Assembly: GCF_009914755.1 (NCBI RefSeq)
Contig: NC_060926.1
Strand: one strand, 5' to 3'
Source of the DNA: the human T2T-CHM13v2.0 reference genome, Homo sapiens
DNA: 64,000 bases
In this document: one piece after another, positions 28,111 to 42,353 of the stretch
Layout: the number at the start of each line of letters is the position of its first letter
Numbering within the stretch: position 1 is the stretch's first letter
Program-made: the position numbers and the translations under genes
Notes under the pieces: generated by a model
Told to the model about the DNA's origin: nothing
Databases searched by the model: none
What the model saw: only the letters and a program-made list of their open reading frames with translations

Positions 28111-29645
28111 ATTATATTTCACAAACTTAGCACACGTAAAACTGTTAGATTAACACATTTTGCCACTCATTTAACATGACTTTTTCCTCAAACATTATAC
28201 TTAATAAATGTGACATAATATGTGACATTTGGTAATACAGTTTCAGAAAGGCATACTCACCAACTTACTTGTTACAGGTGTTTTATTTAGAGAATAATGT
28301 ATAGAACAAATATGAATTGTGCACCATGTTCAGATAAACCCATAATGTTTGGCTTTGTATAACTATACCAAAAAAGAGGTGGGCAGGGATAGCATTTTCT
28401 ACAATATTTGACCTGCTAAATGCATGTGGTCTATACATGTGTTTCAAGGCATCCTTTGATTCACCTAAATTTTGCCCAAAAGTTATTTTCTGTGCTATAT
28501 CTTATTTTTTCAGTGACATTTGTGTAAGGTGAAAAGGTTGTGAGGAATATGGTACAGAAAGAGGAACTTACCAATAAGAGGTGGCTCCGTTGCATTCTTC
28601 TCTCCACCACCCACCATTCACTATCAAGACTCTTTCTCCTTGGCTTTTGACTCTTTAAAAAAAATGATATCAAATCGTATCTATTGTATTCACTTACTTT
28701 TAGTTATTTATTATTTATATTAGTTTATTTTCATTATTCAATTGGTATATTTTCTAACTTTGAAAATTGTTTGGGTTTCTTTGGTTGAAATACATTACAT
28801 CATAATAATTTCCATGAAAATTAATGTTTCTTTAAAAAATTAACCACTTTTCACTTATGACAGAGTGTTATTAAATTAACTTCAGTGAGGGAAAGCTGTG
28901 TTCTGAGATGGAAGGCCCATGAAGAGCCCAAATAATTGAATATAGTTGTCTGTTTCAAGTTGACTTGCTCTCTGCAACTCAAGATACAGTGACAACTTTT
29001 AAATAGCTATTTATATTGCTAATAATAGCCTGTGACAACCACAAAAATAACAGCAAAAGTTCTGCCTTCAAGGGCACCTCACATGATTACTTAGCGAGGC
29101 ACAACTGAAGTAAACTTTATGTTTATCACAACCCGGGATAGAGGTAGAATGCCAAAAATTTGAAGATTTAGTTTTGGTAAAAATTATTTTTAGAAATGGG
29201 CTTTTATTCAGAATCTTCAAATCAATGCTCCCTTTCCTTTGTATTGCAATATATTTTCATAAATTCCTTGTTTTCTCCTTGGAATGCCTTTGAAGTATTC
29301 AGGATAAATATTTCTTAATATTCATGTTATATGGAATGTTCTTATCCCCGTCACTCTTTTCCTTTTGGATCTAAATTTGGAAAGCCCCAATGTGGTTCCC
29401 ATCAGATATTTATCAGAAGCATATCTGCTGGACAGAGCTGGGGCTTTCTTTGGTCCCTGTGTTCTGTCAATGGAGGTCTGCAATTCTTTAGAGAATGTAG
29501 CTCCGGCAGATATTTATCTACTCCTCATAGTCAGTTTAAATGGGTTTCACAAAACTCAAATTATCCAGTGGTTTTACTGACCCTTTAGCATCAAGGGTCT
29601 CTTTTTTCCCGCTTGAACACTGTACCAGTAATATACTTCCTTTCA

Positions 29646-31365
<1,720 letters not shown>

Positions 31366-31783
31366 AAAATGCTCCCTATCACTCTTTTGCCTTTTCCTGC
31401 CACTAAAAGGTAGCACTTTACTTTTTTACTTTTCTCTTTGTCTCTCTTCTCTTCTGTCTCCTCCAACCCCCATCTTTATCTCTGTTCTTACATCTCTTTC
31501 TTATTTCTGCCATTACCTCTCACACTTCAAATCCCTAAGAGACAATCTTTCTGAGTTTGTCGTGGGCAGAGCTTTTATACCAGACTCCCTTGGGACTCTG
31601 GTGAGCCTACAGATAACTGATTTAGTTCATACACTGTTCCCTGACCTAATCTGTTATGCCAAAGAATCAGGATAAAATGATATGAAGCACTGCAACCCAA
31701 GAGTACGAACTGATTTCTGGGCTCTTGCTCTGAAGAAGGCTGTTGACTTAGCAAGAACTTAAGGGTTTTATTTTCAGAATAAT

Positions 31784-31831
31784 CACACACACACACACAT
31801 GCACACACACACACACAGACACACACACACA
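31784..31831. repeat. (CA)n microsatellite, interrupted
   Basis: Direct reading. Confidence 0.95.
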
Positions 31832-33099
31832 GTCTCTCTATCAGGATGTACTAATCCCCCAAAAGACTTCTTGTTTTGGTCACTTCTCAAAGAATTGCTA
31901 GGTTGCTGTGAGAAAACTGTATAACATTGTTCATCTTCATTTACTTCCTGATTTTTTTTGTACAGTAGAGACATGTTCTCTAAGTAGAGACGGAAATTAT
32001 TATGCTATTAGGATTAGATAAAGAGCATGACTCTGACTCTGAGGAAGATTTCTGTGTAGTTGAGGTATGCAAATATAATTTTAGGTCTAAGTTGCTCTTA
32101 AACCCCAAAGATGGGAAAGGTATTAAGGATGATTTACAAGTTTCTTTTATTCATTGGGAAAAAACAATGTTCTTCTGTCTATAAGGGTAGACTACATGTA
32201 GTCTAATAATTAATCTAGTTCCAATAATGATAAAAGCAAATTTCTTCAGATAACAATATTGTTATCTTACACTTCTATTACTAGATTTTTTTTATTTTGG
32301 AAATTTTTATAGATAGTGCAATGAGTATACTGATTAATTTCAAAAGTCCCTCTTAATCTTCTATCAGATACAGCCCGAAGTCTAGGCCCAAGTTTAAAAA
32401 CTTAAATGATTTAGGGACCAAACAGGTAACATAAATAAAAGAAGCAAGCAGAATTTAATATGTGTATAGTAATGTGAAGCATCACCAAGCAGAAAACATA
32501 TGCCATGCCTAAAATTATTCAAAATAAAATTTATATTTCTCAAAACCTGAGTGTGGCAAAATAAATACATTCATGAGCCACGTGGGACTTTTGGACTTCC
32601 AAATTATAACATCTGCTGCTTTTTTTATTTTCAATTAACTCACCTGGTAAGAGAAGAAGAAATAGCTAGATATGGTCCAGCATAGGACAGAATTTCTTAA
32701 TGTTTATTTAATTTAAAAAGATCAGGCCATGTTTATGAAAAGAAAAATGTTACAAATTATAAAGGAGAAGAGGAATAATGAATTGAACCAGTGCCAAACC
32801 TAGAGGAGAACTTTGGAGATGGACATTTAACCTTATATAAATGGATTATTTTTTTCTGAGATTCAGTGAACATTTCATGTCTCAAGGCTGTTCAAAACTA
32901 ATCTCAATGAGGCCTCCTATGATCAGGTAATTTACTATTGCAAGCACCTAACATTGCTGATCCCTGTAACCTTGCTCCATTTTTCTACTTAGCTTTTACG
33001 TTAATACTGACCCATGACACTAATATCATATATATAATAACATTTATCCATTATTATTGTGTAACAATTTATGTATGTCTTGTAGTCATTGCTTAATGT

Positions 33100-33235
33100 C
33101 CATTATCCTTGCTAGGATGTAAGTTACATGAGGGCAGACATCTTCATTAGTTTTAGCTTCTGATATATCCTAAGGTCCTAGAAATAGACCTTGAAACATG
33201 ACAGGTGCTCAGTAAAGATTTCTCAAGTGAATGAA
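33100..33235 (+). mobile_element. L2 3' end
   Basis: CTAGGATGTAAGTTACATGAGGGCAGA..ACAGGTGCTCAGTAAAGATTTCTCAAGTGAATGAA. Confidence 0.65.
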
Positions 33236-34040
33236 GAAAATGTAACTAAACATAGGTATGAATAATTATTGGTAACAAATACATTTACTATTGAGTGACT
33301 TCATATTCTTGCCAAATAGGAAGGAAGGTAATCTGCTCAAAGATAAGGAACTGAAGTACTACCAGGATCTTTGAGTAGAATGCTGAAGTTACTAATACCT
33401 TAAGAACTAAAACCATCAACAGAAAATCTTCTGCTCTGCTCCACTGAAACTCTTTCTGAAGCTGAACACTAATTTTGCAATGACCAGCTTGATTCTGTGA
33501 TTTTCCTCTAGCAGTACCCTGGCAAAAAAATCATGTGCTTAAATTGAACTAAAGTAGTGGATTAGTGGATTGGAAGTGGTCCAAAACCATGGAATTCTAA
33601 CAATGATTCAAGCTCTTATACATTGCAGAGTCTACAGATGGAAGTAATGGCAATGTAAGACATTAGCCTGGAAGAAAATTAGGGCTTTCTTAAGCACAGA
33701 GAGATATCACAGAGGCAGCAAGCAAGTATACCTGGAAAAAGGCATGGGAACACTGTGGTTAGAGTAGCCTTTGGTAAAAGCAAGTTTTAAGAAAGCTTAG
33801 ATCTGTTTAGATCATTGCTGTATGATGTACTCAGAGGTACTTGGCACAGAGTAGATGCTTAATGCATTCTTGTGGGATGAATGGTGAGGTCCAAATTGTG
33901 ATCATGAGAGTAGGTTCCTATGAAGGAGGACAAGTAATATAAATATAATTATATGTAATATATATTATATAATAGGGTTCCATTCCATTAAAAGAAATGA
34001 AATAATGTCTTTTGCAAAAACTTGGATGTTAGACAAGTTA

Positions 34041-34043
<3 letters not shown>

Positions 34044-34077
<34 letters not shown>

Positions 34078-34364
34078 TTTTTGATGGAGTGTCACTCTGT
34101 CACCCAGTCTGGAGTCCAGTGGTATGATCTCAGCTCACTGCTGCTACCTCTGCCACCCAGGTTCAAGCAATTCTTCTGACTCAGCCTCCTGAATAGCTGT
34201 GATTACAAGCATCTGCCACCGCACCCAGCTAATTTTTGTAGTTTTTAGTAGAGACGGAGTTTCATCATCTTGGCCAGGCTGGTCTTGAACTCCTGACCTC
34301 ATGATCCATCCACCTCAGCCTCCCAAAGTGCTGGGATTACAGGGGTGCACCACTGCACCTGGCT
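34044..34364 (-). mobile_element. AluS (Sg-like) with (TA)n-expanded tail
   Basis: Full antisense Alu; 15-bp TSD GAGGACAAGTAATAT at 33926-33940 and 34365-34379. Confidence 0.93.
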
Positions 34365-34867
34365 GAGGACAAGTAATATTTGTGTGATAAGAGGTAGAAG
34401 AGTATCTGTAATCAGATTGCAGAATAATTTACACCCAACCTTAGATGAATCTGTGATGATGTGGGAATAAAAACAGGCACAACAATGAGGGCCCATTGTT
34501 AAAGACCTTGAATAGCAAGAACATATGGCCAGAAGGTAGGTTGATTAGAAGTTAGAATAATATAATCTTGAAAGAAAACAGTTTTCTACGTGAAATTTCT
34601 CCATGAAATGATCTTGAAGTGACAAAAGCCTGTTTGGTGCATATTAATTTTGTCTACAACACCTGAAATACAAGATTATGGCTGATACATCAAATTCTTG
34701 TTCAAAAGTTACAGCAGGAAAAAGTCAAATTTTATTTAAGGCAAAGGAGTAGAAGTAGCATTCTGTGAACAATTTGAAGTATAAGACTGATTTCCAATGG
34801 AACAATTTCTCTAGATGGGGAGAGGAAAAGAACTGAGAGGCTGAGGAGGGGATAAGAGGAAATTATG

Positions 34868-35472
34868 TTTTTGTTGCATTTGCTTTTGGGGTCTTAGTCA
34901 TGAATTCTTCACCTAGGCCAATATCTAAAATAGTTTTTCCTCTGTTGTCTTCTAGAATTTTTATAGTTGCATGTGTTATACTTAAGTCTTTGATTCGTCG
35001 TGAGTTGATTTTTGTAGAAGGTGAGAGATAAGGATTCAGTTTCATTCTTCTCCATGTGGCTTGCCAGTTTTCCCAGCACCATGTATTAAATAAGGTGTCT
35101 GTTCCGTTAAGGGGAATGAAATAATGTCTTTTGCAACAACTTGGTTGGAGCTGGAGGCCATTATTCTAAGTGAAGTAATACAGGAGTGGAAAACCAAAAA
35201 CCGTATGTTCTCACTTATAAGTGGGAACTGAGCTATGGGTACACAAAGGCATACAGAGTGATATAATAGACTTTAGGGACTCAGAGGGGGAAGGGTGAGA
35301 GATGGGCTAGTAATAAAAAAAACTATACATTAGGTACAATGTACACTACTCGGATAATGTGTACACTAAAATTTCAGAATTCAAGGCTGTATAATTGATC
35401 CATGTAACAAAAAAACCACTTATACCCCCAAAGCTATTAAAATAAAACATAAATAAATGCATACATACATAA
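34868..35472 (+). mobile_element. Short L1PB-type element with 5' inversion and deletion
   Basis: Antisense ORF2 piece ([20 protein letters not shown]) at 34868-35100, then sense 3'UTR to tail; TSD AAGAGGAAATTATG/AAGATGAAATTGTG. Confidence 0.85.
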
Positions 35473-35744
35473 AAGATGAAATTGTGGGGGGAGATTAAAT
35501 TCTTTTGATGATAAACTGTAAAGGAGACTGGACAATAATAACATACCAGTATCCCTGGAAAAGTATTAAGAAGCTTTTCTTATAAGAAAAGTGCCCAGTG
35601 TTTTGAGAGAATTCAAACTGTATTTTAGTGGCATTAGCATTTATTATTTGTAACTAAAACAAAGGTACTGTTATGCTCTGAGTATATCACTATAATTCAC
35701 ATCTATTTATTGAGCATCAGTATAAATACTCTATTGCATTATCA

Positions 35745-35895
35745 AAATTAATTCTTATCCTATGAGATGGCTATTATTATCCACAGACTGGAGCTTAGGG
35801 AGGAAGAGTAACTTGCCGGAAGTGACAGATATCAAATGGATGAATTGGGACTTAACAAGGAAGTTTGAATTCAGAGCCCTCATTTTTAACCACAG
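35745..35895 (-). mobile_element. MIR fragment
   Basis: CCTATGAGATGGCTATTATTATCC..AGTAACTTGCCGGAAGTGACA..TTCAGAGCCC..TTAACCAC. Confidence 0.55.
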
Positions 35896-36938
35896 ATACA
35901 TCTACCATGCTTGAAATTCCAAGGTTCTTTAACTCTTAATATGAAATAGGTTTTCCTTCTTAATTTAGTTCCAGGTTTTCAGGGTACTAGAATATACGTT
36001 CCGAGTGCTTACTGCTAGCCTCCCTGAGGAACATAAACATGAAACTGGAAGCTAATAATCAACTTTGAAAACTTTCACTGAGGCTACTACATACTGTTAT
36101 TTTAAAATAGAAACCCTAAATCATTTGAAATTTCTGTGGTGCAAATATATTTTTTAAAAAAACTTCTCTGAAAACAGTGGACATGTTCTAATTTGTTGTA
36201 TTGGGTATTGGGAAAGGGAGTAAAGAGGAGAACTGACCTTTGTATGCCTACTATGTATTTCAGACACAGGATTTATAAGACTAATCTAATTAAATCCTCA
36301 TAAAAATTGTGTGAGATGTATATTTAAATGAGGAAACAGGTTCAGAAAGGTTATGGCCATAAATTTATCAAGTCATAGAACTGGGTTTTCTTTTTTTTTA
36401 ATCAAGTGCAGAATATTTGAAAACCTCCATTTTCTTCCACTACTCTATGCTTCCCTGAAGGAATGTGACCCTATTGGTAGAATTTAGCCCTGTACTCATA
36501 TTTTATGGTAAACTACATAACTAAAAAGGCATCTGATTAAATATAGGGTTGTCATATGGTTTTAATACACACAGTAGATTAAAATAAGATTTGTTTGCCT
36601 CTCTAAAAAAAAGAAATATATGAGTAGTTTATTGATAACATCCAATGTATTCTTTCACATTATATTATGATTTCACTAAAATATTTTTGACCCAAAATGA
36701 AAAAAAACAGCAACAATAATTAGTATTTATTGAGCATTTATTGTGTGCCCAGTGCTATGCTAAGCACGTTAAATGTACATTAAATTAATCATCACCTGTC
36801 TACCAGGTCCTCTGTATACTGGTTGCTAATAGACTTGCCAGCTTCTTTCAGCAATTTTTCTCTCAGTGGCTCCCCAAGGCTGATGCAGATTGTTGATACT
36901 CTGGCCTCAAGGAACATACACCAGATCTAAGAAATTAA

Positions 36939-37269
<331 letters not shown>

Positions 37270-38403
37270 AAAAGTGTTCATTAAAAATAAGCTTCGTTAA
37301 CAAGTGAAAAGATCATGACAGTACATATCTTACTGATTTAACATGTAGTCTGATGCATTAATCAGCCCATAAATTACTCATGATTCTAAAAAATACATCT
37401 ACACTGGTATGTGATGTATAAGTTGAACATTGAATATGTTTAGTAAATCTTTAGTAGTAGATTTTAATTTTCTAAAATATTGATCCAATCTCAGAAATGA
37501 AAATTATGTCCAGGGCACCCACCTCTCAAAGAGAGTGTGACTAGAGTTCTTTTTTCATGTTTGGTGATAACATCCATATCTGTTACATTTGGTCAACGGA
37601 AGATTTTTCATACCTAGTCCAATTTACAGCACTCAGAATATGGTATAGCAAATTTATAGATGGATCTCACTTCTCTAGATATAAGGGTGTTTTAGTCTAT
37701 ATATTTAAGTCTATTGTACTGTATTTATTGAGTATAGGAAATAAAGTATATGCCAGTCAGGTTGCTGAAATCCCTGGTGACATTGATTTGCAATTATATT
37801 CATTCCTTTGTATCTTAGGAGTAATTTAAAATATTAGTTGTCCAAATTATAGGTCTAGAAAGTATATGTCCTGAAATACATACTTATGTGAAGTAAGTAG
37901 GTGAACTCAAATACAAAGCCACATTACAATACTATTGTAACTTCTTTTCTACAATATGACATTTTTTGATGTGCTGGAATACTTTTACTCAAAATTGGTT
38001 GTTTAAGGTACTCAAGATACACAACACATAAACTTTATTGATATTTATGTGCAGGATTGGACTTAACTACTGCAGGCTCACACCATGTAATTTGAAGAAT
38101 ACCCAGCGTTATGTTTTTTTCTTTAAAATAGCTCTCCTGCTGACCCTACCTCAGTACATACAATTAAATTTCACTCTTAATCAACGCCTTGAACATGACT
38201 GATAAAAGACACATGTTACCTGTGAAGCATCAAGCACTATCTTCACATTGGAGTTCAACTCTGTTTGATTACTTTTGAGTCACATGCTAAGACCCTATAC
38301 TGACCTAAATTACAGGGCTCAGAGAATTGGGATAGGTGATATAAATGGAATAAAAAATAAAAATAAAATTTCACTATCTTTCCAACTTTAGGATATAATA
38401 CAG

Positions 38404-38429
<26 letters not shown>
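38404..38429. repeat. (CA)n microsatellite
   Basis: Direct reading. Confidence 0.95.
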
Positions 38430-38434
<5 letters not shown>

Positions 38435-39304
38435 TTTTCACTCTTCTAAAATCTGCTTTATCCTCTAGAAAATATCTTTAAATAATTGCTTCATTCTTCT
38501 TTCCATATTACTTTGATTTCAATAAACTACTATGCAGAGTATAATAGTGAAGTGAATATTTAGATTAAATGCATTTAAATGATTCTTAGTTTTAGTTATA
38601 AAGAAATGTCTGAACTATGTTCTCCATGGTGGGCAAAGCTTCTGAAAATCCCAGTCCCTGAGGAATGCTCATGGTAAATACCTGATCTGAATAGTTTAAT
38701 TTTGTGTTATAGCTTATTGTTGTGCCAAATTAAAGAAAGAGTTGACTGTAATCCTTTTATTATTTTCTGCCCAGGCTTATAAAATGACAGTTTAGCTGCT
38801 TTTGTTTCCCAATAATACATGGTGATGTCAGCATATAAATGTTCCATGCATTTTTGAATAAGACCCAACATTCAATAAACAAACCACAATCAAAGTTTGT
38901 ACGTTGTTTCATAAAGAGGGGAAGGAAGAGTTTACTGTGCTGTATTGTTGCACGATTGTTTTATGGATGAAAAAAGGGAAATGCAGTAATTATGTGTCAG
39001 ACAAGCCTATGTTTAATTTTATAGTCCTTTTTGAACTTGTAAAGAGTAGTGTATACAGGTATCATAAACTCTTGATCTAGTATCAGAATTGTGCAGAGGT
39101 ATTTTGTGTTCAAGAAAGGACCATCTTTAGGGAGGGGCAAGGTGAGATGTCATTAGAATCTTCCTTACCGTTTTCAACACCTTCACATTTAGTTACCATT
39201 TTCGTTTGAATGCTTCCTACTTCCTTTCGATGACGCCTTCCTAAAATCTCATCAACCAAATGAGTTTTATCCTAGGCTCAGCAGCAAAGGAAAAGAAAAT
39301 GCTT

Positions 39305-40260
39305 CATGCATTTATTCATTTTTTCATTCAGATCCCATTCATTGAATATCTGCCATGTGCCAGATGCTGAGAACACCATGATTAACAAGGCATGTGTTTG
39401 CACTTAGGAGCTCTCAGTCTGTTGCAAAGAAACAGACAAGAAAACCAAAGATGACAATGCAGTATGATAAGAACCATAATAGAGACATACACAAATCTTG
39501 GCTTAACTAATAGCCTGATGAGTTGGACGGGTGGAGTGAGGTGGGGGTAAATGTATTTCTAGGAAGGCCTCCAGGAGGAAGTGAAGCAAGAGCAATCCTG
39601 AAGAAAAAGCACAAGGTGATCAGTAAGGTGGAGGGAAAATGTTCCAAACAGGGAGATCAGAAAATGGAAAGAAACAGAGCCATGAAAAAGCATGGTATAT
39701 TCAGGGACATGAAGTAGTTTAGGTTGGCTGATGTAGGGTGCTTTAGAGGAACATGGGTAGATATAAGACTGAAGACAAAGCACAGACTGGGTGACGAAGG
39801 GGCTTCTATATGTTGCTAAAGACTTTAAATATCATATAAAGGGCTATAGGGAACCATGGAAAGATCTTAAGCAGAGAAAGTGGGTGTTGGTTTTTAGAAA
39901 GCTTACTCTAGAATAAAAGTGGAGAATGGAGAGAAGGTCGTATTGGAGACAGAGTTCTCAGTCAGAAATTCATAATAAATGGTGAGATTCTATTCTGAAG
40001 CAGTAACACTGGACATGTGAAACAGAGGACAAAATACCTGAGATATCTAGTTAAACAGTACCTTGTTACTAACTGATGTGGAGACAAGCAGGGAGAGAAC
40101 GTTTTCTAGGATATGGCCCTATTTTTCTTTTGAACTTTTACTGGCAAGAAAATTATATCAGGAAAAACAGATTTGTTGAAAACTGCAGATGGGATAGATG
40201 GAGTTCAACATTGCACATGTTGACTGAGCTTCAGGACATTCTGGCCAATGGCTATGAATA
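39305..40260 (-). mobile_element. L2 element (3' ~1 kb, degraded)
   Basis: TTCATTCAGATCCCATTCATTGAATATCTGCCATGTGCCAG antisense terminus, followed by a purine-rich L2 body. Confidence 0.7.
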
Positions 40261-40274
40261 TAAAGAAGAGAAAA

Positions 40275-40485
40275 GCCCACTAGGTAAGAACACAGATTGT
40301 GAACTTAAATTTCCTGGGTTTGAGATTTAGATTTGCTATTTATTAGCTAGGGGGATACTAGGAAAAGTACTTACCCTTTGTAAGCCTCAATTTCACTGAG
40401 AGAATTGCTATAAATATTAAATTTAATATTTCATAGAAAATGCATGCCAGTGCTCAACAGATTTTGCTCTTGTTATCATTATTAG
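40275..40485 (+). mobile_element. MIR
   Basis: TAAGAACACAGATTGTG..CCTGGGTTTGAGAT..TACTTACCCTTTGTAAGCCTCAATTTC. Confidence 0.55.
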
Positions 40486-40614
40486 CATTAAATAAGCAGT
40501 ATTATTTATGTCTTATACTCAAGAGAATAAGTGGACTAGAGAGTTGGATTTAGAGCTATGGATTTGAGAGTCGTCAGCATGTTAGTTGTTCTTATTTACT
40601 CTCTCATTTATACC

Positions 40615-41085
40615 ACAGTAATTGCTGTATAACAACCCCCAAATTCACCAGCCTTTGGATTAGCTGGACATCTCTTCTCTTCTTAACTGGGTTCAATTTT
40701 GTTTCTTCAGTCAGTTGTGGGTTGCTGATTTGGGGCTGGACTCTCTCATATATTGGAACATTGGCTGGCTATTGGCTGGTTTAGAAAAGCCTCAGCTATT
40801 TTTTCAAATGTGTCTCAAATGCCTGCAATTTGTTCCAGTATGTGCTTATTCATGGAAGGGCAGAGGTATAAAAGCAGATAAGCCTAATTATGTATAAAAA
40901 TAAATGCACATGTTTATCAAGCCTCTGCTTGCACAATGGTTGTTAACGTCCTTTTAGCCATAAGAATTCACATGTTTGATTTCAGTCATACTGGAGTAGA
41001 CTACAGAATTAGAGGGCAAAGGGATACAGATATGGGGTAGGGGACATAAGTGAGACCATTATGTGCACAATTTACCCCTGTATTT
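40615..41085 (-). mobile_element. Old MLT1-type MaLR LTR
   Basis: ATTGCTGTATAACAACCCCCAAA..CAAGCCTCTGCTTGC..GCAAAGGGATACAGATATGGGG. Confidence 0.5.
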
Positions 41086-42041
41086 ATTGACCCAGAACTA
41101 CAATAATCACATTCTGACCATAAAATAAAATTAGATTTTTTGTCTTTCATAAACACGACTCTTTCTATTACATGGTATCTTCTACCCCATCTCAACCTGA
41201 TTATTGTGTGTTGTTGCCCTTTTCTGTGTTACTGTAGAAGATTCCTAAATCAGATTTCTACAGAGAGCCACTTTAAGACCCACTTTATGAGAGGTAACAC
41301 TCAAAACAGTGTTTTGATAAAAACCATGCCTAACATGGAATCATTTGTTCCATAAATATTTATTGAAAATGTGTGATCTTCTAAAAGATCTAAGAATAGT
41401 GCTGAACAAGAGAAACATGTTTACCTCAGAAATTTACATTCTAGTAGGGCAATAGGCAATGAACAAGTAACAAAACAAGTCATATTTTAAAAGTATTAAT
41501 AAAAACTTCAGCTGAATTAAATTTAAAGAAGTTTAATGGAACAATGAACAATTTGCAAAATTGGGGAACCCCAGAATCACAGCAGGTTCACAGAGACTCC
41601 AGCACAGCCATGTGTTGGAAAAAGATTTATAAACAAAAAAGGGGAAATGACTTACAGAAATTGGAAGTGAGGTACAGAACAGCTGGATTGGTTACAGCTC
41701 AGTGTTTGCCTTATTTGAATCCTTTCATGACTTACACAGACCATTGATGACATCTTTGGACTTTTTGACTTGTCCTAAAGATCCCTCTTTTTAAACAACC
41801 ACTCATTTTACTTTAGGACAAGGACAAGAATTTACCATTCAATATTCTTTCTTACATAAAATTTCTTTTCTTTATAACCTCCTTTGCATAGCTAGGGGAC
41901 ATGACTAATTTCACATATCCCCAGGTCTTATTTAGAATTTAATGTCTCCAAAATAAATTGAACAATTTTCAAAAGTTAAAGCAGTTTATGGCCTTAAAGC
42001 ATTAAGCAAACCTAATATCTGACCTGCATAATTTAGACTAA

Positions 42042-42353
<312 letters not shown>

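Noticed and set aside
32380-32615. Possible old hAT MITE (MER102/MER103-like)
   Set aside because: Similarity too weak to name without a profile search
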